Shown here one piece after another: positions 1-6,220 of a stretch of 38,707 nucleotides of DNA; the stretch's first letter is position 1; each line of letters begins with the position of its first letter. Both the position numbers and the translations under genes were made by a program. The stretch comes from a virus (taxonomy: Duplodnaviria; Caudoviricetes), in the IMG/VR virus record IMGVR_UViG_3300010370_000087, positions 1 to 38,707 of that record; one strand, given 5' to 3'. Below the pieces are notes generated by a model that saw nothing but the letters and a program-made list of their open reading frames with translations, did no database searches and was not told where the DNA came from.

Positions 1-308
1 GCTATGCTTGATTTAAGTTGTTCATATTTTTGATCAAATGCTTGGACAGGAGTGCTATTTTGTAGCATACCACCGAATTTATCAAACCATATGTTGTTAA
101 TTTTTCCGGCAGCATCCTTGGCCTTGCCTATGAGACTTCTCCCTCCGCCCTTCTCAATCGATTTGAATAATTGATTTATTTGATCAGGTTGTAGAGCAAC
201 TTCACATAGAACAGGATGTATTTCTTTTTGCCATTTACGGAAATAGGGATCGTTACTACCTATACTTTCAAATATAGTTTCTTGACCCAGGGCTTGATAT
301 AATTTCAT
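1..308 (-). CDS. Hypothetical late protein, 5' part only (MKLYQALGQETIFESIGSNDPYFRKWQKEIHPVLCEVALQPDQINQLFKSIEKGGG...), runs off the window edge
   Basis: ATG at 308-306 and an open frame to position 1 (my own translation; not in the ORF track). TAAATA late-promoter box at 334-329 lies just upstream. Confidence 0.75.
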   Translation of the reverse strand, partial: MKLYQALGQETIFESIGSNDPYFRKWQKEIHPVLCEVALQPDQINQLFKSIEKGGGRSLIGKAKDAAGKINNIWFDKFGGMLQNSTPVQAFDQKYEQLKSSI

Positions 309-328
309 GATTTATTGACAGTATCCGG

Positions 329-334
329 TATTTA
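329..334 (-). promoter_or_regulatory. Putative gp55-dependent late promoter core (TAAATA)
   Basis: Minus strand reads acTAAATAcc, about 20 nt upstream of ATG 308. The same hexamer precedes the late genes at 6221, 13240, 13726 and 36018. Confidence 0.55.
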
Positions 335-336
335 GT

Positions 337-748
337 AACGAACTGCGTTCGTTTGCTTCTTCGTCTACGAGACTCGAAGCATTTTTGTCTTTTAGTATCA
401 TCTAGATTAAGTGGTCACACTTCGCCCAGGGCGGGCGAAGTTATGCATCATCTGAGTAGCATAGTCACACAGCGTTAGGGTGTTTAGCAGAGGCGGTTGT
501 CCGGTACCTCCATCCCCGTCTTCATACAACGGCGGCTTTACAAATATACGCTATCACATTTGTAAAACGTGCTCTATTAAGAGCGTCTTTTTGCCTTGGG
601 TTTAACCTATTCAAACAACCAAATCACGGCAATTAGTGATCTTCATCCGGGTAGGGTAGTGGTTGAGTTCTCACTTCGGCGGTGAGCATTCCGTCCCTGC
701 GACACGAAGTCCAGGTCTAGGGCGCATGAAATTAGCCTGCGCTAGCCT
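337..748 (-). ncRNA. Putative large structured non-coding RNA of unknown family
   Basis: ORF-free; about 47% GC by hand count over 331-750 versus roughly 30-35% by eye in flanking genes. At least 11 stems (713-748, 670-686, nested stems in ~617-665, 564-590, 537-566, 516-532, 489-511, 442-463, 419-441, 354-381, 337-353). Several imperfect pairs are G-U on the minus strand but A-C on the plus strand. Confidence 0.75.
397..470 (-). repeat. Two copies of GTGTGAC-N10-AGATGAT at a 50-nt period, separated by a perfect 9-bp hairpin
   Basis: Copy 1 (470-447) GTGTGAC TATGCTACTC AGATGAT; copy 2 (420-397) GTGTGAC CACTTAATCT AGATGAT; hairpin ACTTCGCCC-gccct-GGGCGAAGT at 441-419. Confidence 0.85.
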
Positions 749-1183
749 TTAACCGAGTAATTTGCCTTTAATATGGGAGCCATGGACACGAACAGATATC
801 TGTCCGTTATAGTATTCGTCTGATTCTAAAACTTTTCTTGTGAATTGTTCTCGTGCCTCAATGTATGAACATTCTGCCTTTGATTTACAGTAATATAATA
901 TTTCTCTATGAAATTTGTCTGTGCCTAATTGTGCTACGTCTTTGCTGAGATAATCGTTTGAGCCGTAATATGTCTGCCAGTCTGAGTCTATTTTTGATTT
1001 AATTCGTTTCTTTTTCTTTGTGCCGTTTTTTAGTTTTACTGTTTTATAAGAAATTTTACTAAATTTGCCTAATTTTTTGCCTATGTATTTTTTGCCTGTG
1101 ACCAAATTTGTGATAAGATATACGAAGCCTATGCAATCTTCCGGTAATTCTGTGACTAAGGTATTTTTATAATACCAAGTCAT
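749..1183 (-). CDS. Stand-alone GIY-YIG (Seg-like) endonuclease, catalytic domain only
   Basis: GFVYLITN...KKYIGKK (GIY-YIG motif), W..YYGS, FHREIL, conserved Glu in SYIE and terminal YYN. 144 aa, Lys-rich insert KTVKLKNGTKKKKRIKSK, no C-terminal NUMOD/HTH domain. Confidence 0.8.
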   Translation of the reverse strand: MTWYYKNTLVTELPEDCIGFVYLITNLVTGKKYIGKKLGKFSKISYKTVKLKNGTKKKKRIKSKIDSDWQTYYGSNDYLSKDVAQLGTDKFHREILYYCKSKAECSYIEAREQFTRKVLESDEYYNGQISVRVHGSHIKGKLLG

Positions 1184-1911
1184 TCTTTCCAGGAAATTAT
1201 ATGCGTATTCGGTGCTAGATGTTGTACAGTCATTCCTAAGTTATCAAATAAAATATCTAAACTCATATTGCTGTGCATACAAACATGTCCGTTTCTAGGA
1301 GCGATATACCAATAATTTACACCTTCATTTCTAATAATATCATTTGTGAGTGTGTGTATAACAAGTTGACCTTCCCCTTCTTTACTGAAGTTTATAATTT
1401 CTTTAGCAGTTTCATACGGGTCTGGTGTGTGTTCTAAAACTTCAAATGCTGTTATTACATCGAATTTAGCATCCTTATCAAAGTCAGGATCTTTTTTCCA
1501 TAAAGGATCCCAAGAACTTACACTAAAGCCTAGAGCATTTAATTCTGAACCAAATAGCGCAGTACCGGCTCCGTAATCTAATATAGAAAGTTCCTTGTTA
1601 TTATCTAAAAAAGGCAAGATCCACTGCGCTAATTTTTTTGGTCTAATTTCGTCGTACTCAGGGTCGACTAGTTTATACTCTTCATTGTATACATTAGTAA
1701 GGAAGTCATCAAGTGACCAATCGTCGAAATCTACAGTAAAAATAAATTTACAATGATTACATTGATGATAATAAACAGCCGTTCCTGAGTATGGAAGTAC
1801 TTGTACTCCATTTATTTCTTCGCAACTTTTGTTAAAATCTACTATACCGTAAACACTGGTAGGGTTGTCGCAGATTTTACAAGGTATATCTTTGTATTTT
1901 TGACCAATCAT
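1180..1911 (-). CDS. Class I SAM-dependent methyltransferase (Methyltransf_23-like) with N-terminal Zn-binding CxxC pairs
   Basis: CKIC...CNHC, motif I ILDYGAGTA, FDVITAFEVLEH; 4-nt ATGA overlaps with both neighbours. Confidence 0.85.
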   Translation of the reverse strand: MIGQKYKDIPCKICDNPTSVYGIVDFNKSCEEINGVQVLPYSGTAVYYHQCNHCKFIFTVDFDDWSLDDFLTNVYNEEYKLVDPEYDEIRPKKLAQWILPFLDNNKELSILDYGAGTALFGSELNALGFSVSSWDPLWKKDPDFDKDAKFDVITAFEVLEHTPDPYETAKEIINFSKEGEGQLVIHTLTNDIIRNEGVNYWYIAPRNGHVCMHSNMSLDILFDNLGMTVQHLAPNTHIISWKE

Positions 1912-2114
1912 TTTGCTTTCGCTTCTTTCCTTGCGGCCTTTTCTGCAGTGATTTCATTTCTACGGGCTTTAATTGCCTTGCTCATATCTGCTAAGGCCTT
2001 ACGGGCTCTAGTACCAGCAGCAGCATTGCCCTTTTCAAATTTTTCGTTTTCTTTTAGAAAATCTTCAAATAGTGTTTTGAGTTGATCTGAGGTTGAGGTT
2101 GTTTCGTTTGACAT
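1908..2114 (-). CDS. Histone H1-like nucleoid protein (Hc1 family)
   Basis: KFEKGNAAAGTRARKAL...KARRNEI matches the Hc1-family pattern; basic Ala/Lys tail; AAGGA upstream of the start. Confidence 0.75.
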   Translation of the reverse strand: MSNETTSTSDQLKTLFEDFLKENEKFEKGNAAAGTRARKALADMSKAIKARRNEITAEKAARKEAKAK

Positions 2115-2394
2115 TTTTGTTCCTTTTTAATTTAACTGTTCCGTCTGGTCTAATTTCTTTTCTATTTGCTACTTCTGCTTTCCAAATATCTAGTTGTTCT
2201 CTTGTTACTAATGGATTTAATTTTAACATCTCGTGTAGAACAATTCTAAGATCTCTTATAGTATTTCTAATCTCTTTGGCAGTTTTTTTTGTGTATAATT
2301 TTAAGTACGACTGATGATAGTTATGCAAATTTAAACTTAACTCTATATATTTTGAGTAAAGTTCCCTATACTTTAATACTTGTTCAGTCGACAT
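2065..2394 (-). CDS. Basic helical hypothetical protein, possibly a divergent Hc1-like paralogue
   Basis: 109 aa, Lys/Arg-rich, overlaps the gp46 stop and the Hc1 start; amphipathic helical pattern YLKLYTKKTAKEIRNTIRDLR. Confidence 0.6.
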   Translation of the reverse strand: MSTEQVLKYRELYSKYIELSLNLHNYHQSYLKLYTKKTAKEIRNTIRDLRIVLHEMLKLNPLVTREQLDIWKAEVANRKEIRPDGTVKLKRNKNVKRNNLNLRSTQNTI

Positions 2395-4168
2395 ATTCTA
2401 AACTATTCGAATAACTGGTAAATCCATTTTCTTTAATTACCCTGAGCACATTATTGACTCGACCTTGAAGTTCATCTTTGTGACTGATCAAGTAAATGTT
2501 TTTATTTCTTTCTCTACCCATTTTCTTAAGTACTGCTAACGCACTCTCTACACCTGCCGCATCCATGCCTGCGTCAACTAGTTCATCGATAAACAGTAGG
2601 TTAATAGGTTGATAAAGACCTTCCCATACATCCCTGAAGGCAAAACTCATACTTAAGATAAGTCTATTGCGTTCACCTCTGCTAAGATTATCAAAGTCTA
2701 AATCCTGTCCCAACTGTGTAATCTCCACAGACAGATCATTTTGAAATATCACACGATGCGGTAATCCTAGTTTATCTATATAATAACTAAGACGTTTGTT
2801 TAGATAGGTTAGGTTTTGATCTATAATACGTTTTCGTATGAAACTATCTTTATTTGTCAACAATTTCAAAAGAAACTCTTGATGATTTTGAACTCTTGTT
2901 AATTCATTTACTGATGTCCAATCTATTTCCTGTATGGCTGTATCTTTTAATTCTAAAATTTGTTCTTCATAAGGATTAGATTCTTCTGATTTTTGAATTA
3001 ATGCCTTTTCTAAATTTTCTAAATTGTTTTTATGTCCTAATGCTTCTGCTTCTGTGTCGTAAAATGTACTTGGTTTCTTATCTTGGCGACCTATTTTTTC
3101 TATTTCATTCACCACAATACCGTAATCGTTTACTACCTTGAGCGCATATTGTTCTGCCTCTGCCTTAAACTTGAGAGCATCGTCTAGCATTTCTTTATGT
3201 TTATGATCATGTAGTTCTTGTTCACAGGCATGACATCTTTTATCTTTTAGTTTGTCTATTTCAGAAGTGTATTTTTTAACTGTCTTTTCTGCTTGTAATA
3301 CTGCTGTCTCTAAAGTAGCCTGTTGTTTTCTGAGACTGACTAGTTTGTTGTTATTATCTAACCAAACTTTTAATTTATTGTGCGACACTAACTCTGCTTC
3401 GATATCCACTGCTTCTAGGTTAACAATAGCACGACCTAGACTTTCTAATTCTTGATCATGTTTAGACTCCCAGGCGCTACTTTTAATTTTTAAACTATCG
3501 ATACTTTTTTGTACATTATCATTCGCTGATTTAATACCTTCGATTCTAAACGTTTCTTTTGAGATTAGGTCTTTGCCTTCTTTTATCTTATTCTTGAGTT
3601 CTTCTGCTTTAGCAGATAATAAAGTTATTCCTAATAGTTGTTCTATTACTTCTCGTTGATCAGCAGCCCGCATAGCAAGGAATGGTTCGGTATAGGTATT
3701 TAGAGCAACGAGATGTTTGAACATAGTATGGCTCATTTCTAACATTTGCTCTATTGATTTTTGAGTTTCTCTACTGTCGCCCTGACTTTCGTCTTCAGAT
3801 TGTTCTGCTGTTATTTCTTTATTGTTGACAAATAGTTTGAGAACATTTGGTTTACGACCTCGTTCGATACGATAGTTAAGATTATTTTTTTCAAACTCTA
3901 CAGTGACTAACATATGTTTGTTGTTAATCTTATTGATTAAATTTTCTTTTTTAATGTTAGTCAGTGCTTGTCCGTATAGGCCATAACTCAGAGCGTTGAT
4001 GATAGTTGTCTTACCAGTACCATTTCTGGAACCTGTGTCATCGCCACCCAGGTCTAGATTAGATCCTAATACTAGAGTTAACTGTTCCTGATCAAAATCA
4101 ACAGCCTGAGTTTGGTTTCCTACACTCATAAAATTTTTCACGGTAAGTGATTTAATCTTAAAGGTCAT
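2384..4168 (-). CDS. gp46: Recombination endonuclease ATPase subunit (T4 gp46 / SbcC / Rad50-like)
   Basis: Walker A RNGTGKT, coiled coil with Zn-hook CHAC, signature LSRGE, Walker B LLFIDE, ISH. Likely start is ATG 4168 (MTFKIKSLTVKNFMS), not the track's 4198. Confidence 0.95.
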   Translation of the reverse strand: MTFKIKSLTVKNFMSVGNQTQAVDFDQEQLTLVLGSNLDLGGDDTGSRNGTGKTTIINALSYGLYGQALTNIKKENLINKINNKHMLVTVEFEKNNLNYRIERGRKPNVLKLFVNNKEITAEQSEDESQGDSRETQKSIEQMLEMSHTMFKHLVALNTYTEPFLAMRAADQREVIEQLLGITLLSAKAEELKNKIKEGKDLISKETFRIEGIKSANDNVQKSIDSLKIKSSAWESKHDQELESLGRAIVNLEAVDIEAELVSHNKLKVWLDNNNKLVSLRKQQATLETAVLQAEKTVKKYTSEIDKLKDKRCHACEQELHDHKHKEMLDDALKFKAEAEQYALKVVNDYGIVVNEIEKIGRQDKKPSTFYDTEAEALGHKNNLENLEKALIQKSEESNPYEEQILELKDTAIQEIDWTSVNELTRVQNHQEFLLKLLTNKDSFIRKRIIDQNLTYLNKRLSYYIDKLGLPHRVIFQNDLSVEITQLGQDLDFDNLSRGERNRLILSMSFAFRDVWEGLYQPINLLFIDELVDAGMDAAGVESALAVLKKMGRERNKNIYLISHKDELQGRVNNVLRVIKENGFTSYSNSLEYVD

Positions 4169-5171
4169 TATAGATGTCCAAAAGTAATTTTTTATCAAAC
4201 TGTCCGTTATCTATGTTTAATAATTGTTCTGTAACGATTTGATCTATGCTTTCAAATTTTGTGTCAGGATTATCATCGAATGAACTTTCCAAATTGCTTT
4301 TATCTTGAATTAAACTTATTTCTCTAATATCGTAATCTCTAGTAAATTCTTCTTTGATAAAATTAGCCTCTTCAAAACTGATGTCAATATCTAAATTTAC
4401 TCTTAGATACATTTTAGATTTCATTATTGAATCTTTACGATCTATTAAGTCACTTAGTTTAATTGTTCTAAACTTAGGAGCATTGTCCCAATTGATAAAT
4501 TTAGGTTTTCCTCCCCACTTTAAAACCATCATACCTCTTTCATCATCCCATGCGTCACTAAAATTATGAGGAAAGGCATTGCCGATGTAAGTTACGCAAC
4601 CATTTGTTTGACGTTTATGAAAGTGACCACTGAATACGTAATCTGGACCTTGAAAATCTTCAGCATGAAGTTCTCCGTGATCGGGCATTTGTACCATAGC
4701 GTTCATCATAAATTTAGGAAGTTCAAAATGACCAAAAACATATTTTGTTTTTACATTTTTCATCGATTTCCATTCATCACCTACTAACCAAGGTACAAGT
4801 GTGACATTGCTTAGAGTGGTGACAGAGTCTACAACAGTTACGCCTGGAATATGGCGCCCGAACGCACTACTATGAACATCACGCTTGTCTTTATAGAATA
4901 GGTCGTGATTACCGGGGAACCAAAAGAATTGTTCAAAAGCAGCACCTAATTTTTCTAACAATCTTAAACTTGTGTTTAAGGTGTATAAATTAAGACTGTT
5001 TCGATTATGGCTCCAGTCCCCTAAGAATATGGCGGTTTCACAACCTTCCTTTTTTGCGTTATCGATAAACCAGTCTATAAATTCTTCACAGTCCTGTAAG
5101 TGAACTATACTATTTGATTTAGCCCCAACGTGTAAGTCTGTGAAACATGCTACTTTTTTAAATAATGCCAT
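4158..5171 (-). CDS. gp47: Recombination endonuclease nuclease subunit (T4 gp47 / SbcD / Mre11-like)
   Basis: Metallophosphoesterase motifs TDLH, LGDW, GNHD, GHFH; adjacent to gp46; GAGGAG ribosome binding site. Confidence 0.95.
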   Translation of the reverse strand: MALFKKVACFTDLHVGAKSNSIVHLQDCEEFIDWFIDNAKKEGCETAIFLGDWSHNRNSLNLYTLNTSLRLLEKLGAAFEQFFWFPGNHDLFYKDKRDVHSSAFGRHIPGVTVVDSVTTLSNVTLVPWLVGDEWKSMKNVKTKYVFGHFELPKFMMNAMVQMPDHGELHAEDFQGPDYVFSGHFHKRQTNGCVTYIGNAFPHNFSDAWDDERGMMVLKWGGKPKFINWDNAPKFRTIKLSDLIDRKDSIMKSKMYLRVNLDIDISFEEANFIKEEFTRDYDIREISLIQDKSNLESSFDDNPDTKFESIDQIVTEQLLNIDNGQFDKKLLLDIYNDL

Positions 5172-5188
5172 AGGATCTCCTCTGTGGC

Positions 5189-5217
5189 ATTATAACAACT
5201 GCTAACCTAGATGTCAA
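5189..5217 (-). promoter_or_regulatory. Consensus sigma70-type promoter for the gp47-gp46 operon
   Basis: TTGACA (5217-5212), 17-nt spacer, TGn-extended TATAAT (5194-5189). The -35 box overlaps the gp55 stop codon. Confidence 0.9.
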
Positions 5218-6104
5218 ATAGTTTCCTCTTCATCTTCAGGTGTTTCTTCGCTTTTTGGCATTCTTGCATTTTTGTACAGGGCTGCTTGTCTAGCCGTTTC
5301 TTCGGCAAATTCTTGCGCCTGTTGTCTAGTTGAACTAGGTGTAAGACCTGCTTCTACTAACATGTCATCTCGGATGTTTTGATTTTTCTTTTCAATATTT
5401 AAGATACGTGTAAAACTGTTTGTAACTGCAGCGGTGTAATAGGCGAACGGGTTTTCTGATTTTGACTCATCAAATTGTAGACCAATTTGGCTCAATTGTA
5501 GTATGGCTTGTCCCCGCATCTCATCAATGTAGGTATAGCCACGCCAGTTGCTGCGTTGAGCATATCTTTCTGATAATTTAATAAACATCTTACCTAACTC
5601 TTCGGTAATACGTCCGTGTTCTTTACAGAATTTACCAGTTTTGATTCCGCCCTTCCAATGGCTTTTTCCAACACAGATAAGTTCATCTTCTTCATTAAAC
5701 TTCCAATGCTGAAACGGAGGAAAATTGACCTTTTCGTGATTGTCGGATGTAGTTTTTGTTGATTTTTTCCGTCCGGGGCTCAATGGAATATGTTCAAACG
5801 TCATGATTCTAAAGACCAAATCTGTTTTTTCTATTTTTTTATGATTGGGTATGAGTTCGGCTAATTTTACTTTCTTGTCTCCGTTCTCTCTTAGTTCGGA
5901 AAATGCTAACCATCCTATACGTTTGGCTCTATTTTTCTTTGCTTCTAGTATGGTTTTTTGATTGATTTTTTTTAAATCTGTTACGATAAGATCATAATCT
6001 TTAAAATCTTTATGTACGAAACTGGAAAAACTGCACTTACTTTTGTGGATTTCTGATAATAAATCCCTGTTATTTAGGTATTTTACTTTTTTTGTGGTGA
6101 TCAT
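5214..6104 (-). CDS. gp55: Sigma factor for late transcription (T4 gp55-like) with a large internal insertion
   Basis: N-terminal YLNNRDLL; C-terminal ITEELGKMF...NWRGYTYIDEM...FDESKSENPFAYYT; synteny with gp47/gp46 as in T4-like phages. Confidence 0.88.
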   Translation of the reverse strand: MITTKKVKYLNNRDLLSEIHKSKCSFSSFVHKDFKDYDLIVTDLKKINQKTILEAKKNRAKRIGWLAFSELRENGDKKVKLAELIPNHKKIEKTDLVFRIMTFEHIPLSPGRKKSTKTTSDNHEKVNFPPFQHWKFNEEDELICVGKSHWKGGIKTGKFCKEHGRITEELGKMFIKLSERYAQRSNWRGYTYIDEMRGQAILQLSQIGLQFDESKSENPFAYYTAAVTNSFTRILNIEKKNQNIRDDMLVEAGLTPSSTRQQAQEFAEETARQAALYKNARMPKSEETPEDEEETI

Positions 6105-6128
6105 TATTATTATTCTTCCTTTGAAAGA

Positions 6129-6157
6129 ATGATAGCACTATTTGTTATAAAGGTCAA
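6129..6157 (-). promoter_or_regulatory. sigma70-type promoter for gp55
   Basis: TTGACC (6157-6152), 17-nt spacer, TGn-extended TATCAT (6134-6129), then AAGGA before ATG 6104. Confidence 0.8.
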
Positions 6158-6187
6158 GAGGGGAAAAATGGCCTTTTATTTATAAGG

Positions 6188-6193
6188 TAAATA
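6188..6193 (+). promoter_or_regulatory. Late promoter core TAAATA for the baseplate operon
   Basis: ggTAAATAca, 27 nt upstream of ATG 6221; resembles the T4 late consensus TATAAATA. Confidence 0.65.
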
Positions 6194-6220
6194 CAAATTA
6201 TATAAAATTGTGGAACCTCG

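Noticed and set aside
315-345. Plus-strand TTGACA at 315-320 as a promoter
   Set aside because: No -10-like hexamer at 16-18 nt spacing.
397-470. CRISPR or TIGR array, or hammerhead ribozyme
   Set aside because: Only two units, and no cas or Nop-domain gene in the window. CAGAUGA/UAGAUGA differ from the hammerhead CUGAUGA core and there is no properly placed GAAA.
337-748. Group I or II intron, tRNA, tmRNA or RNase P identity for the structured region
   Set aside because: No interrupted gene on either side; GACUA has no downstream UAGUC partner for P7; no group II GUGYG start or domain V; no T-loop/CCA cloverleaf; no RNase P GGAAAGUC motif seen.
4169-4198. N-terminal extension MIKNYFWTSI of gp46 in the ORF track
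   Set aside because: It overlaps gp47 by 41 nt; homology to SbcC/gp46 begins at MTFKIKSL (ATG 4168).
5613-6035. Intein in gp55 (the insertion starts near a Cys)
   Set aside because: No C-terminal His-Asn followed by Cys/Ser/Thr and no LAGLIDADG or block B motif.
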